This document shows, one piece after another, positions 40,120 through 51,872 of a DNA stretch of 64,000 nucleotides. The notes under the pieces were generated by a model that worked only from the letters and a program-made list of their open reading frames with translations, had not been told where the DNA came from and ran no database searches. The stretch covers positions 211,640 through 275,639 of the forward strand of contig JAWXAQ010000002.1 in the NCBI GenBank assembly GCA_034439575.1. The letters run 5' to 3'. A program made the position numbers and the translations under genes. The first letter of the stretch is position 1, and each line of letters opens with the position of its first letter. The DNA comes from Leptospira sp. (GTDB lineage Bacteria; Spirochaetota; Leptospiria; Leptospirales; Leptospiraceae).

Positions 40120-42879
40120 ATGTTTCAAAAATTTTTAACACTATTATTCGGCAGTAAATATGAACGTGACCTCAAACGTTTAACACCTATCGTCACTGCT
40201 ATCAATTCTTTCGAATCCAAGATTCGAGAAATGTCCGACGAAGAACTTTCAGGTCAAACATTGATTTTCAAAGAGAGAGTCGCCAAAGGTGAGTCACTCG
40301 ATGATCTTTTGCCAGAGGCATTTGCGACGGTGAGAGAGGTCGCTTATCGTACTCTTGGTATGAGGCATTTTGATGTTCAGATGATGGGCGGTATTTCACT
40401 CCATTGGGGAAATATTTCAGAAATGAAAACGGGAGAAGGTAAAACCTTAACTTCCACATTGCCGATTTATTTAAATTCACTGTCTGGCGAAGGTGTTCAT
40501 GTTGTTACGGTAAACGATTATTTGGCGAAGCGTGATGCCAATTGGATGAAACCGATTTACGATTTTTTAAAAGTATCTGTAGGTGTGATTCAGCATGATA
40601 TGGATCATGAGGAACGAAAGGAAGCTTACAATTCGGATATAACATACGGAACAAATAACGAATTTGGTTTTGATTATTTGCGCGATAATATGGTTTCCTA
40701 TCTTGAACATAGAGTACAAAGGTCACATAACTTTGCAATAGTTGACGAGGTGGACTCTATTCTTGTCGATGAGGCTAGAACTCCACTCATCATTTCTGGA
40801 CCCGCAGAAGAATCCACAGATAAATATATCAAAGTAGATAAAATCATTCCAAAGCTTATCGAAGGTGAAGATTTTGAAGTCGATGAAAAGGCAAAGAATG
40901 TTATACTAACGGAAGCCGGAGTTCATCATGTAGAAAGTCTTCTTGGTGTAGAAAATCTCTATAATGCAGATAATATCGAACTTGTTCACCATGTAAGCCA
41001 ATCTCTCAAAGCTCATAAATTATTTTTCAAAGACAAAGACTATGTAGTTCAAAGCGGAGAAGTGATCATCGTAGATGAATTCACTGGTCGATTGATGAAA
41101 GGGCGCAGATATTCTGACGGTTTACATCAATCCTTAGAAGCAAAGGAAGGTGTACCAATTGCACGTGAATCACAAACTTTAGCATCTATTACATTTCAAA
41201 ATTATTTCCGTATCTATAAAAAGTTAGCTGGTATGACAGGAACAGCTGATACGGAAGCCGAAGAATTCAAAAAAATCTATAACTTAGATGTGATTGTCAT
41301 TCCTCCTAATGTGAAAGTAAAAAGGGATGATCTTCCGGATAGAGTGTATAAAACGGAACGCGAAAAATTTGATGCAGTCATTAAAGATATCAAAGATCGT
41401 TCTGCTAAAAAACAGCCTATACTCGTCGGAACCATTTCCATTGAAAAGTCAGAAGTTTTATCAAAATTATTAACTACGAATGGCTTGGCGCATAACGTTT
41501 TAAATGCGAAACAACATGAGCGTGAATCAGAAATAGTTGCCAATGCGGGAAAACCAGGCGCTATTACGATCGCCACAAATATGGCCGGTCGAGGAACAGA
41601 TATTGTTCTTGGTGGAGCGGCAAAGTACAAAGAAGATTTAGAAGAACTAGATGAAAAGGCTTCAAAACTAGGTCTTCATTCAAAATCGGAAATGGATCCT
41701 ATTTATTATTTCCGTGAACTGCTCATCAAACAAAAGTTTGATGAAGCGTCCAGTTCACTTTCGAATATAGTAAATTCCGAAATTAAAAAAATATGCACTG
41801 AGATTTTAGAATCGGCTAAAAAATGGAAAAAAGATCATGATTTAGTCATAGAATCTGGCGGATTACATATCATTGGATCCGAACGTCACGAATCACGACG
41901 TATCGACAATCAGTTAAGAGGTCGATCCGGAAGACAAGGCGACCCGGGATCTTCTAGATTTTATCTTTCACTTCAAGATGATTTGATGCGAATATTTGGT
42001 TCTGATCGTATAGCGCGCATTATGGATACTTTGAAGATGCCAGAAGGCCAAGAGCTAGAACATAGTATGGTTTCAAATGCCATTGCCAGAGCTCAAAAAC
42101 GCGTTGAAGGTCACAACTTTGATATCAGAAAACATTTATTAGAATATGATGATGTTATGAATCGTCAAAGAATATTTATTTATGGGATACGGAATGAACT
42201 ATTAGAAAAAGGTTCGATGTCTGAAAAACTTCTCGAATTTATCGATGAAGTCGCAGAAAATCAAATTATCCTAAACTGTGAAGGAAACAACACCAGTGGT
42301 TGGTTAGTTGAGAATCTTGAGGAGTGGTTATCATCTCTTGGAGTGAATTTAAGCATCACAACAGAAATTTATAGAAAAGAATCAAATCCTCAACTAAAAC
42401 TTTTCGAAAATGTTTCAAAGGCGATCCGAGATACTTACCAAGCAAAAATCGAAAGGGTAGGGGAAGATATCTGGAAATCTCTAGAACGCAATGTATTCCT
42501 TGATATTTTAGATCATCGTTGGAAAGACCATTTGTATGCAATGGATCATTTGAAAGAAGGGATCTGGACGGTTGGATATGGTGAAAAAAATCCGCTCATC
42601 GAATACAAATTGCAAGGATTCAAACTTTTTGATCAGTTAGTTGATAATTTAAAAATGGAAGTGATTTCCTTTTTATTAAGAATCGAAGTAACAGATAATG
42701 ATAAAAATACAGTGAAAGATGTAACGCCAAAAGAATATAAAAAAATTGGTGAAGAAACTCGAGGCGAAGTAGATATGTTTGGCAACGAAGTCAAAAAAAA
42801 TCAGAACAAATCTCAAGTTTCGACTATCACAAGTTCGGGTGGCGGCTCTGAGAGAAAAACTAGTCGACGAAAGAAATAA
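40120..42879 (+). CDS. secA: Preprotein translocase subunit SecA
   Basis: [51 protein letters not shown]. Confidence 0.98.
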   Translation: MFQKFLTLLFGSKYERDLKRLTPIVTAINSFESKIREMSDEELSGQTLIFKERVAKGESLDDLLPEAFATVREVAYRTLGMRHFDVQMMGGISLHWGNISEMKTGEGKTLTSTLPIYLNSLSGEGVHVVTVNDYLAKRDANWMKPIYDFLKVSVGVIQHDMDHEERKEAYNSDITYGTNNEFGFDYLRDNMVSYLEHRVQRSHNFAIVDEVDSILVDEARTPLIISGPAEESTDKYIKVDKIIPKLIEGEDFEVDEKAKNVILTEAGVHHVESLLGVENLYNADNIELVHHVSQSLKAHKLFFKDKDYVVQSGEVIIVDEFTGRLMKGRRYSDGLHQSLEAKEGVPIARESQTLASITFQNYFRIYKKLAGMTGTADTEAEEFKKIYNLDVIVIPPNVKVKRDDLPDRVYKTEREKFDAVIKDIKDRSAKKQPILVGTISIEKSEVLSKLLTTNGLAHNVLNAKQHERESEIVANAGKPGAITIATNMAGRGTDIVLGGAAKYKEDLEELDEKASKLGLHSKSEMDPIYYFRELLIKQKFDEASSSLSNIVNSEIKKICTEILESAKKWKKDHDLVIESGGLHIIGSERHESRRIDNQLRGRSGRQGDPGSSRFYLSLQDDLMRIFGSDRIARIMDTLKMPEGQELEHSMVSNAIARAQKRVEGHNFDIRKHLLEYDDVMNRQRIFIYGIRNELLEKGSMSEKLLEFIDEVAENQIILNCEGNNTSGWLVENLEEWLSSLGVNLSITTEIYRKESNPQLKLFENVSKAIRDTYQAKIERVGEDIWKSLERNVFLDILDHRWKDHLYAMDHLKEGIWTVGYGEKNPLIEYKLQGFKLFDQLVDNLKMEVISFLLRIEVTDNDKNTVKDVTPKEYKKIGEETRGEVDMFGNEVKKNQNKSQVSTITSSGGGSERKTSRRKK

Positions 42880-42880
42880 A

Positions 42881-44929
42881 TTATTCCGTCTTAAATTCGT
42901 TAGCGATTCTATTGATTGAATCTGAAACATGATTCAATTTTTCGCTAAGTAGTTTTAAGTCTTCTGCATTCATAGCTAAAGACTGCGCACCACCTGACAA
43001 AAAGTTGATCGAGGATACCATATCCTCTGATGCTTTTTTCTGTTCTCGGCTAGAAAATTCTATCATCTCCGCCATATCTTTCAAACCGACAAGTTCCTCA
43101 TTGATAAGTCCTATACTTTCTGTCTGGACAACCATTTCTTCTTTGAGGTAAGCTACATAGGTTTGTACATCATCTGATTTTTCTACGATTTTACTCAAAG
43201 CAGAAACAGTTTGATCTACGTGATTAGCGCCATTTGAGACAGCGGAATTGCTTTTTTCTACCAGTTTTTTGATATTTTTAACACTATCTTTTGTTTTGTC
43301 AGCTAACTTCGATATTTCTTCTGCTACGACTGCAAAACCTCGACCAGCATCTCCTGCTCTTGCAGCTTCGATGCTTGCATTTAGCGCAAGTAAGTTGGTT
43401 TGTTCTGAAATATCATTTATTAATTCTACGATACCGCTGATATCTTTGGTCACGATACTGATTTCATCCATCGCTTGGTCTGTGTTTTGAACGGATTCAT
43501 TGCCAGTCTTTGCTAGTTCAAAGGAAGAAACCGCCTGGCCATCCAAATCATTTAATTTAATTTCCATTTTTGATATGGAAGCTTCGATATTTTTCATTTC
43601 AGCTACGATCTTAAAAATATTTTTTGTTTCACTGGAAATCGATTCGAACATGATTTCGAAGCTTGTCGTTAATTCTTCTAAGGACGCGGCTGACTCTTCG
43701 GATGTAGCGGCGAGCTCTTGTGCAGAATCAGAAACAGATATGGCTTCCGTATGAAGTGAATCCGAAGCCTTACCAGAATCATGCGATGCCGCTTTAAGAT
43801 CCAAGACTATGCCATTTAATTTTTTCAAAAATTGGTTGATGGAAGCGGCAATTTTTGAAATTTCATTTTTGCCTAGGACTGGTAACTTTTTGGAAAGATC
43901 TGCTTCCCCACTGGATAACTCTTCAACTTTTTCTAAAACCGAAGTTAGGGGGCTATTTATACTTTTAATGATAAATATTGTGAGAAAAATAGAGAGGATA
44001 AATAATATAGACACAAATACCAATGAAGAAATTTTTGCTGATTGAAATTTACCCGTACGTATTTCAATCAATCTTCCCAAATGGAAGATGGAAGCTTCTT
44101 GGACGATTTTTCCTAAGTATGTGCCTTTATGTATCCTTTCAAATGTGGCATCTATATCTTTTGGTTTCGCTGGATTTTCTAAAAAAAGTTCTGACAAATC
44201 TTTTGTTAGCTGGTTCGCATTCTTTCGAAAATCCGCGTCAATCTTCCCAAGATCAACTTCTAAACTTGGATTCGCATTGATACTTTTCTGAAATGCATAA
44301 TGAATGTCTGACTCAATTTTCTTTAATTGTTCGATAGAGATAAGGGCGCGAGCTTGGTTGGCTTCTGTAAATTTTTCTTTTTTTTGTAATTCACCAGAGT
44401 ATTCGTCACGAAGGATACTTTTCAGGTTTGCGATCGTATGCCAAAGTTCGGGCACTCTAAATAGTGTAACATCCATTAAATAGTAAGTGTCGACATCTGG
44501 ATCTAGGATCAAATTTGAGTTATCGCCAATCTTGAGAGAAAGTAACTTTGCAGAATTTAAAAACTTGTATGTTGCTTCACTGGAGAATGTTTCTGTATTT
44601 GATGAAATGATCCATTCTTTAAATTCAATATCTTCTGTTGAAATTAAATCGCTTTCTTCGATCACATTTTTTTTGGAAGCGACGAAATCTTTTATTTTTT
44701 TACCATTTTCACTGCCAATTTTTAGTAATGCTAATCCTTCTTCGATGGATTCATAAACTGGCTTTAATGCGATAAGGCCACGTGTTTCAGCTTTTGCAAA
44801 GTCTATGGCTTTGTTTTGTTCTGCAACCAATAGATACAATAAAATAATAATCGGAAATAGAAGAGGGATCGGAAGTAAAATGAGACGTTTCTGTATGGTT
44901 AGGTGGTCAAGAATGCGAGACATTTTCAT
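42881..44929 (-). CDS. Methyl-accepting chemotaxis protein
   Basis: TM-sensor-TM-HAMP; [30 protein letters not shown]. Confidence 0.95.
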   Translation of the reverse strand: MKMSRILDHLTIQKRLILLPIPLLFPIIILLYLLVAEQNKAIDFAKAETRGLIALKPVYESIEEGLALLKIGSENGKKIKDFVASKKNVIEESDLISTEDIEFKEWIISSNTETFSSEATYKFLNSAKLLSLKIGDNSNLILDPDVDTYYLMDVTLFRVPELWHTIANLKSILRDEYSGELQKKEKFTEANQARALISIEQLKKIESDIHYAFQKSINANPSLEVDLGKIDADFRKNANQLTKDLSELFLENPAKPKDIDATFERIHKGTYLGKIVQEASIFHLGRLIEIRTGKFQSAKISSLVFVSILFILSIFLTIFIIKSINSPLTSVLEKVEELSSGEADLSKKLPVLGKNEISKIAASINQFLKKLNGIVLDLKAASHDSGKASDSLHTEAISVSDSAQELAATSEESAASLEELTTSFEIMFESISSETKNIFKIVAEMKNIEASISKMEIKLNDLDGQAVSSFELAKTGNESVQNTDQAMDEISIVTKDISGIVELINDISEQTNLLALNASIEAARAGDAGRGFAVVAEEISKLADKTKDSVKNIKKLVEKSNSAVSNGANHVDQTVSALSKIVEKSDDVQTYVAYLKEEMVVQTESIGLINEELVGLKDMAEMIEFSSREQKKASEDMVSSINFLSGGAQSLAMNAEDLKLLSEKLNHVSDSINRIANEFKTE

Positions 44930-45050
44930 ATGCTTAGAAAAGTATAAGACGAAAAATTCGTCAATTGTACTTCCAAAATCATTAAAAATTTCAGAAAAAA
45001 TTTATTGTTGAATGTACTTAGTTTAAGCACTTAGAGGATAGAAGGTATTT

Positions 45051-45599
45051 ATGAATCAAAAATTATTATCCCTCGTTATATGTTCTATGGTTCTAACAAA
45101 TTGTGCTGGGAATCAAAGTGTTAAAGATAAACAAACATTGTTCGACAATTGCATGGAAACTTTTAATGACAAGGACAAATGCAATTCCTTTGTTGATAAA
45201 TCAGAAGCAGACCTACTCAGCGCTGAAGAAAAAGGAAAGATAGAAAGAGAAACTTTGTCCAAAGAAAAGTTAGCTGGTCTTAAACTTCGTAGTGATGTTA
45301 AAAACATTCTTCCAGGCAAAAATGATTCGTATGTTCGCAGTTATCTCGGTGAACCTGATGAGATCAAACATTATGGAGAAAGAACCTATTGGGAATATTA
45401 CCGCCCAGTTTGTAAGTTTAGTCCTGATTCCGATCCTGATGAAAAAGTAACAGTGATCATCCGAAAGTTTTTAGTCGAACGTGTAGAGCATATAAAACCT
45501 GTTTCTGCGAAAGATGAAGGTGTTGGTTTTCGTAAAATCCTATCACCGAAAGAAGAGAACAAAGATTCTAAGAAAATGAACGGCCTTCCCGCTGATTAA
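45051..45599 (+). CDS. Lipoprotein with SmpA/BamE-like segment
   Basis: Lipobox VLTNC; VRSYLGEPD...WEYY. Confidence 0.6.
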   Translation: MNQKLLSLVICSMVLTNCAGNQSVKDKQTLFDNCMETFNDKDKCNSFVDKSEADLLSAEEKGKIERETLSKEKLAGLKLRSDVKNILPGKNDSYVRSYLGEPDEIKHYGERTYWEYYRPVCKFSPDSDPDEKVTVIIRKFLVERVEHIKPVSAKDEGVGFRKILSPKEENKDSKKMNGLPAD

Positions 45600-45610
45600 C
45601 AAATACAAAT

Positions 45611-45638
45611 AAAAAAAGGGAGAGATTTCTCTCTCCCT
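45611..45638 (-). terminator. Intrinsic terminator of porin-lipoprotein operon
   Basis: AGGGAGAGA-tttc-TCTCTCCCT stem with an A-run on plus (U-run on minus). Confidence 0.75.
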
Positions 45639-45664
45639 GATTTGGTTCTTTAAGGTATTAAGGA

Positions 45665-46147
45665 TTAATACTTTAAAAGACCAGTTAAATCTTGTTTTGT
45701 TTTTGCAGTCGCAGGTGCAATTGCATACTCAGCCACAGAACATTTTGTTTTGAATACACCAGCTGCTGCTTGCGAAGCTGCTGCATACGAAAACTGCGGA
45801 AGGTTACATGGTTGGACTGGATCTTTTACTGCCGCTTCCACACAAGCCTTAAGAGCTGTCATTTGCTCAGTCACAGTTCCATTTGTTGTAGATAGTGCAC
45901 CAAGTGTCGCTTTTCCACAACCAACGCCAGGGTTAAACTGTTGTGTGCTACCCGCCACACAAGAGTTAGCAAGACCGTATGCTGTCAAACAAAGAGCCTG
46001 GTCAGAATCTGGAACTGTTCGATCGTTGATGAGATAAAGAAGCGCAGTATTGTCTTCTTTTTTCTCAGACTTGCAACTAGCAAGTGCTAGAAGCGAAGTG
46101 GAGACCATCAAAATCAATCCTAATTTTTTCATAGTATTTACTTTCAT
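45665..46147 (-). CDS. Cys-rich lipoprotein
   Basis: RBS AAGGAG; lipobox LALASC; six further Cys. Confidence 0.7.
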   Translation of the reverse strand: MKVNTMKKLGLILMVSTSLLALASCKSEKKEDNTALLYLINDRTVPDSDQALCLTAYGLANSCVAGSTQQFNPGVGCGKATLGALSTTNGTVTEQMTALKACVEAAVKDPVQPCNLPQFSYAAASQAAAGVFKTKCSVAEYAIAPATAKTKQDLTGLLKY

Positions 46148-46157
46148 TTTTTTCTCC

Positions 46158-47696
46158 TTAGAATTTTGCAACGGCGCCTATGATGATACCGTTTTGGTGA
46201 GTTGCAGGTCTTCCGTGAAGGTCAACGAACTGTGAACCAGGACCGTAGTCTCTTCTTAAGTCAACTTTAACTTGAAGGTTTTCTGTAAAGTTGTAAGTAG
46301 GAGTGAATGTAATTGTTCTGATTTGTCCTAAGTTACTTCCAGAAGCTCTTGTTCCAATTGCGTCTTGGAAACGAAGGTCATAACGATCCGCAGGTGTTAC
46401 GTTGAAGAGTGGAGGGTTAACAACAAGTGATCCACCATAACGTTTGTCATCCAAATACTCATAACGAAAACCAAGAGCGAATTTTTCTGTAAATTCATAC
46501 TTAGCTTGCAATTGGTAAGTTTGGTAGATTCGTTTCACTTTGTTTTCACGAGATAGCGAAGTAGAATCAGTAAAACCAGCCGCAACTAAACCTTCTGGCA
46601 ATCCAGCAACTTGGTCAGTCGTTAAACCAGTGGCAGACATAACACTAGATCTAGAAACACCAGCTGCTTCCCAACCAAATGCCGCAGTATTTGTTTGGCC
46701 TGTTCTTTCACCATATGTATAGTCAAAGATAGTTGTTAAACGATCCATAGGTTTGAAGATAAAGATCAAGTTCTGAATGATCCAATGGTCAGTTTTGAAT
46801 CCTGCTTGTTTTGGCATTCCTGTTCCCACTTTATTGCTTAGGTAATAAAGTGCATTGTCTTGTCTTCCTTGGATGTTATCGTTTGCAGATAACGTGTTGT
46901 AAACGATAGTCGCTTTATCAGATACAGCATACTTAACCTGAGTTCCAATTGCCCGAGTTGGGTTTGGACCATCAGCATACGCATGTTGTTGAGTGCTTGA
47001 TAAAGTCGGCGCTCCAGCTGCTGATTCACCGTAAGGAGTGATACCAGTGTAACCAAACTGTTGTCCGTTTCCAGTGTATCCAGTTCCTTGCGCACTATTA
47101 TACAAGTATAGAGACGTTGATAATTTATCTGTAACTTGTAAGTTGGCACGAGCACCGGTGTGAATGAAGGGGATTGTGTTAAAGAACACATAACCTATCG
47201 TGTAGGAAATGTTATCTTTCGAATCCAAAACTTCCAGACCAATATGAGTCGCCATCTTACCAGCATCAATGGTTAAACCTTTGAGAACCGGGAAGTAAAA
47301 AGACACATACGCTTGTTGTACCATCTGCATGTTGTGCAAAGAGTTAGTGGTTTGGTAAGGACGCTCTTGGTACATATTGTTCTGACCATTTTGTAGGTCT
47401 AAACGAAATCCCCATGGGCTTTCTTTATCTGCCAATTTCTCAGTTGATAACTTGACTGCGTTTACCGCAAATTGTTTGTTATACTGATGAAAAGTACCTG
47501 AAGTATCTTGTGTCGCACCTTGCCGGTTGTTCGTTGTATAGTTATAATACACATCAACATAACCGGAAAAATTAACCAAGTCGTACCAAGATTTGTCCTT
47601 TTCCGCTTTAACAGCCGGTGTTGCCTGAGCAAAGACTGAACCTTGGCTTAATAGAATAGTAACCGCAGCTACTAAGAGAGTATATTTATTTCTCAT
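46158..47696 (-). CDS. Outer membrane beta-barrel porin (DUF1597/BBP2-like)
   Basis: Signal peptide; FSGYVDVYY, QAYV, IDAGKMATHIGLE, PFIHTGAR; C-terminal Phe. Confidence 0.8.
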   Translation of the reverse strand: MRNKYTLLVAAVTILLSQGSVFAQATPAVKAEKDKSWYDLVNFSGYVDVYYNYTTNNRQGATQDTSGTFHQYNKQFAVNAVKLSTEKLADKESPWGFRLDLQNGQNNMYQERPYQTTNSLHNMQMVQQAYVSFYFPVLKGLTIDAGKMATHIGLEVLDSKDNISYTIGYVFFNTIPFIHTGARANLQVTDKLSTSLYLYNSAQGTGYTGNGQQFGYTGITPYGESAAGAPTLSSTQQHAYADGPNPTRAIGTQVKYAVSDKATIVYNTLSANDNIQGRQDNALYYLSNKVGTGMPKQAGFKTDHWIIQNLIFIFKPMDRLTTIFDYTYGERTGQTNTAAFGWEAAGVSRSSVMSATGLTTDQVAGLPEGLVAAGFTDSTSLSRENKVKRIYQTYQLQAKYEFTEKFALGFRYEYLDDKRYGGSLVVNPPLFNVTPADRYDLRFQDAIGTRASGSNLGQIRTITFTPTYNFTENLQVKVDLRRDYGPGSQFVDLHGRPATHQNGIIIGAVAKF

Positions 47697-47723
47697 TTGC
47701 CATTTCTCCTACATGCTTATAGT

Positions 47724-47740
47724 TGCAAGTAGTGTACCAG
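47724..47740 (-). promoter_or_regulatory. sigma54 -24/-12 promoter
   Basis: Minus strand CTGGTACACTACTTGCA against consensus YTGGCACGRNNNTTGCW, with correct GG-N10-GC spacing. Confidence 0.7.
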
Positions 47741-47869
47741 GCAACAGGTTCCCAAAAAATAAAAAAAACATTTAGGGCTAAATTGCTTAAGATCTAAAGC
47801 AGAATGAGTATTTTTTGCACATTTTTTTTAGAACCAATTTATTTTCTGGCCTGGGATTCAGTATAAAAA

Positions 47870-49144
47870 TTACAATTTGTTTACTATTTGTACACAATGC
47901 TCGTACAAATGTCGGAAATTGTTTTTATCGGGCACTTCTAGAACCATTTCCAAGAGGGAATGGAGTAATTCGCCGTATTTTGGTTTCGGGTAGGTGGGAA
48001 AGTTTTTTTCGATGATTTTGCCATCAATTTCCAAATCACTTAAGAGTAATGGTGGGGAATTTTCCCAATTGGACTTGGCTTGCTCCAAAAAAGGCCAGAA
48101 GTAAAGGTCTACTGCCTTCCAAACGGCTTCAATGGCAATTTTTCTTTGTTGGATATGTTTTTTAAGCGGAGCTAAGAATTCTTTTCGCAATGTGTAGTCG
48201 GAAATCGGCAATGGTGTTTTTTTTGCCCAATGGATTCTCTCTAATAGAAATTCTGCATCCTTTAAGATCACATTGGAAAATTTTAATTTTTGTAAATGCA
48301 CCTGCCATTTGTTTGGTAGCAAAGTCGGATTGAATGCATAAGCCCATTGTCCGATCAAAAATCCAAATATTTCTTTGGGAAACTGGTCTAGCCTGTTTAG
48401 TTCGTCAGGATTATGAGGATACATTGTCAGATCTTCTTTTAAAAAAAGCGAAAGAGTTTTTTCTTCCGACAATAATTCTACCATAACCGATGGTTTTGGC
48501 CCACGTAATGATTTCAAAATTTCATCTTGCAGGCGTTCTACGGAAATTTTTGCTGTTATGTGTTTTGTGGAATGAATCGCATCTTTTGTATTTTTTTCAA
48601 TTTGAAATCCCAAAACAGAAGCAAAACGCATAGCTCGAATCGGTCGCAGACCATCTTCTGTAAATCTTTGTATGGGATCACCTATGGTCCGAATGATTTT
48701 TTGATCTATATCTTTTTTGCCATCATGTTCATCAATGAGTTCGCCTGTCTCAATGTTTAATGCCAATGCGTTCATAGTAAAATCTCTTCGTTTGAGATCT
48801 TCTTTTATATCATTCCCAAATTCCACAACATCGGGATGACGGCCATCGGTATAATCCTTATCAATGCGATACGTTGTAATTTCATAAGGAACCTTTTCAA
48901 GTAAAACAGTCACAGTCCCATGTTTTATCCCTGTATCAATTACGGATTTAAAAAGGGATTTGATGATTTCGGGCCTTGCATTTGTTGTCAGATCATATTC
49001 GTGTGGAATTTGATTCATATAAAGATCACGAACAGAACCTCCCACAAGGTAACATTCATGTCCTGAATTAACAATCGTATTGTGAATGAATTTTAAATGT
49101 CCCAGATGGATTTCTGGGATTAGATGGGCCAAGTCTAATGGCAA
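47870..49144 (-). CDS. cca: CCA tRNA nucleotidyltransferase
   Basis: LVGGSVRD, YDLTT, DLKRRDFTMNA, RFTEDGLRPIRAMRF, SVER. Confidence 0.88.
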   Translation of the reverse strand: MPLDLAHLIPEIHLGHLKFIHNTIVNSGHECYLVGGSVRDLYMNQIPHEYDLTTNARPEIIKSLFKSVIDTGIKHGTVTVLLEKVPYEITTYRIDKDYTDGRHPDVVEFGNDIKEDLKRRDFTMNALALNIETGELIDEHDGKKDIDQKIIRTIGDPIQRFTEDGLRPIRAMRFASVLGFQIEKNTKDAIHSTKHITAKISVERLQDEILKSLRGPKPSVMVELLSEEKTLSLFLKEDLTMYPHNPDELNRLDQFPKEIFGFLIGQWAYAFNPTLLPNKWQVHLQKLKFSNVILKDAEFLLERIHWAKKTPLPISDYTLRKEFLAPLKKHIQQRKIAIEAVWKAVDLYFWPFLEQAKSNWENSPPLLLSDLEIDGKIIEKNFPTYPKPKYGELLHSLLEMVLEVPDKNNFRHLYEHCVQIVNKL

Positions 49145-49560
49145 GATTTACATAATCCTCGGAATACGATTTCAACAGATTCAGTCAAAAAACCTTTCAA
49201 TTGTTTGGCGCTGGGGATACCGTTCCAAGGATCATCCACACATTCAATTTTTCCACAATGATTACAAATCAAATGGCCATGTGCCAGTGATACAGTTCTT
49301 CCGCCTTCTTCTTTGAGTTCGAAGTAAGTGACCCGGTCTGTTGAATGTAGGGAATTTAAGAGATTTTTTTCTTCAAGATCGGCTAATGCACGATAAATGG
49401 TAACTCTGTCCCAAGATTCATCCTTGGGCAACTTTTCCATAATCTCTTGGTGGTTTAAAGGTCGCCGTGATTCTTGAAGGATGGATATCACCTTCTCTCG
49501 ATTTTTTGTTACTTTCAGTCCGATTTTTTTTAAGATTTGAGAAGGATCGCCGACCTGCAT
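49135..49560 (-). CDS. Fur family transcriptional regulator
   Basis: GLKVTKNR, VTIYRAL, HGHLICNHCG, GLCKSC. Confidence 0.92.
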   Translation of the reverse strand: MQVGDPSQILKKIGLKVTKNREKVISILQESRRPLNHQEIMEKLPKDESWDRVTIYRALADLEEKNLLNSLHSTDRVTYFELKEEGGRTVSLAHGHLICNHCGKIECVDDPWNGIPSAKQLKGFLTESVEIVFRGLCKSCH

Positions 49561-49591
49561 AATTTGTTATCCTAGGTTTAGAATAGATTGT

Positions 49592-49951
49592 CTATTCTAA
49601 AATCACTGCCTGTTTCCAGATTTCTAAATAACGAATCCCAAGCTCCGTCTTTGTACGAAGGAGGGCTTCGATTTCTTCGCCAATTTGTTTTGGAACCATC
49701 ACTTTCGTTAAGACTAAATCCATCTGTCTGTTTAGGATGTTTTCAATTTCTGCGACACTTTTTTCGTAAGCTTGTTTGCATTCAACTTCCCGCGTCGCAA
49801 GTAAACTTTTGTTTTCTTCACAGAAGATTGTTTGGCGAAATACCGAGGCATTTTTTTTCAATTCATCAAAAGTACTTTCAGGAGTCGGTTTACATGTATT
49901 TGCAAATAATTGCATAAAAATAAAACAGAAGATAAGGATTGAAAATTTCAT
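49592..49951 (-). CDS. Exported/lipoprotein hypothetical protein
   Basis: Hydrophobic N-terminus ending ANTC; overlaps the rnhA stop. Confidence 0.55.
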   Translation of the reverse strand: MKFSILIFCFIFMQLFANTCKPTPESTFDELKKNASVFRQTIFCEENKSLLATREVECKQAYEKSVAEIENILNRQMDLVLTKVMVPKQIGEEIEALLRTKTELGIRYLEIWKQAVILE

Positions 49952-50361
49952 ACCTTATTGTCTTGGGCGAGATTGGCTAATGCGTCAGCCCTGGAATTTT
50001 GTTCTCTCGGAATGTAAACTATTTCGAAATGTTCAAATTTAGATTTTAAAAGTTCACATTCTTTTTTTAAAATTTGCAAACCTAGGTTTTTTACTTTATA
50101 TTCACCTTTCATCTGTTTGACGACAAGCTCAGAATCTAACTTAAATTTGACTTTTTTTTCATCTATCTCGATGGCTTTTTCCATTCCACGTTTGAGAGCT
50201 GACCACTCAGCGATATTATTTGTAGCATTGCCAATTCTTTCTGCTAAAAAAAATATTTCTTCCCCACTGTGCGTTTGTCCTGAAACTCCTATGGCTGCAG
50301 GCCCAGGATTCCCTCTCGAAGATCCGTCACAGAAAATATTTAATATTTCTCTACTTGCCAT
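49948..50361 (-). CDS. rnhA: Ribonuclease HI
   Basis: CDGSSRGNPG, TNNIAEW, LDSELVV, NSRADALAN. Confidence 0.9.
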   Translation of the reverse strand: MASREILNIFCDGSSRGNPGPAAIGVSGQTHSGEEIFFLAERIGNATNNIAEWSALKRGMEKAIEIDEKKVKFKLDSELVVKQMKGEYKVKNLGLQILKKECELLKSKFEHFEIVYIPREQNSRADALANLAQDNKV

Positions 50362-50432
50362 TCATAGATAGGATTAATTGCTTACTGCTTCGCTCAAGGA
50401 AAAATTGTATGAAGACAGCAACAAAATCGCAA

Positions 50433-51872
50433 CTACATAAAGATTAAAAACCATTGGTCTCCGCCTGCGCTGACATCACCCAAGGAAGTTAAAGCACCTG
50501 TCGTCTGATCAATGCTAAATTGTTGTAAGTTTCCAGTATTATGCGCGGCATAAGCAAATCTTCCTGTGGGATCGATTAAGATAAAACGCAAATCGGTACC
50601 GCTTGTGGCTATATTGCCCAAATCGGATATCATGCCAGTCGTTTGATTGATTTCAAAAATAGAAATCGTTGCATTGCTTATATTTGCAGTATAGAAAAAT
50701 CGTCCATTCGGATGAACGGCACTTCCGTTTGGTTGAGGTGTATGTGCTAAAGTACCAATCAGCGAAATGGAACCATCATTGGAATTGAATCTAAGAACTG
50801 TTAAGTTTGGGCTTGACCCTACATAAATAAATTCTCCATTAGGGTGAACGGAAATTAATCCTGAACTAACCATAGTTGGGCCAGTATTAGCGAGAGTTAA
50901 TGTTCCATTCGTTGAATCTATTAAAAAAGAAGAAAGTTGTGTTCCTACAGGGTGAAGTGCGAGTACGTATTTTCCTGAAGGTTCAACGGCTACTTGTGAT
51001 GTGCTACCACCTAAGTTAAATACGTTGCTAAAAGTAAGTGTGCCATCACTATTGATATTGTATATCCTGATTGTACTTGTCGCTTCTGCCGCAAGATACA
51101 AAAACCTTCCATCCTTTGAAACGGCTATATGCCTCGGACTTGAAGGAGCAGCAATAGACCCATTTGCAGTGAGATTGCCATTTGATGAATTGATCGTAAA
51201 TTGTGAAATGTTATCATCATAAAAATTGCCGACATATAAAAATCTACCCAAAGGATCTGTAGCCACCCCATTTGGACCAGATCCAGCTCCATAAACATTA
51301 TTTAAAGTTAAGAGGCCAGTCGAATTGTCCATTGTCATCTGGCTGACTAGGTTCCCTTTATCAAGTGAAGCATAGACAAAACCTGAATATACGCTCACAT
51401 AACATGGACTAGAAGATACTCCTTCCGAATCTGTGGCGATGATTGAAACTGTACCATTAGATATTCCAGTCACCAAGCCAGTGTTAGATACGGTTGCAAT
51501 GCTTGCATTTGAAGAAGACCAAGAAAAAGTTCCTGAAGACGCTTGGCCATTTACAGTCAAAGATGCTAACAATTGCGAAGTGCCAGATCTTTGCAAGTTT
51601 AAGGTCGAATTGCTTAAAGTGATAACTCGAGTGTTTGTTCCTGAGGAATTATTTTGGTCTGAACCATTTCCATCACTCACATTTCCATTGGAAGGTTGGG
51701 AAAACAAAAGCGATAAAAAAGGTGTAAAATTTTGCGAATTTTTCTCTGGAAATAATAACTTTCGAATGAGTGGATTTAAAAGACAAGCGTTCGAGAAAAA
51801 TAAAATGAATGTTAAAGATATGAAAAGTTGAATTTTTTGAAAATGGTGCCTTTTAAAAACCATGCTTCCCAT
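50433..51872 (-). CDS. Lipoprotein with Ig-like (Big_2) domain and lactonase-type beta-propeller
   Basis: Lipobox FSNAC; WSSSNASIATVSNTGLVTG (Big_2); repeated DPxGRFxY / INxxxGxLT blades; start uncertain. Confidence 0.8.
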   Translation of the reverse strand: MGSMVFKRHHFQKIQLFISLTFILFFSNACLLNPLIRKLLFPEKNSQNFTPFLSLLFSQPSNGNVSDGNGSDQNNSSGTNTRVITLSNSTLNLQRSGTSQLLASLTVNGQASSGTFSWSSSNASIATVSNTGLVTGISNGTVSIIATDSEGVSSSPCYVSVYSGFVYASLDKGNLVSQMTMDNSTGLLTLNNVYGAGSGPNGVATDPLGRFLYVGNFYDDNISQFTINSSNGNLTANGSIAAPSSPRHIAVSKDGRFLYLAAEATSTIRIYNINSDGTLTFSNVFNLGGSTSQVAVEPSGKYVLALHPVGTQLSSFLIDSTNGTLTLANTGPTMVSSGLISVHPNGEFIYVGSSPNLTVLRFNSNDGSISLIGTLAHTPQPNGSAVHPNGRFFYTANISNATISIFEINQTTGMISDLGNIATSGTDLRFILIDPTGRFAYAAHNTGNLQQFSIDQTTGALTSLGDVSAGGDQWFLIFM

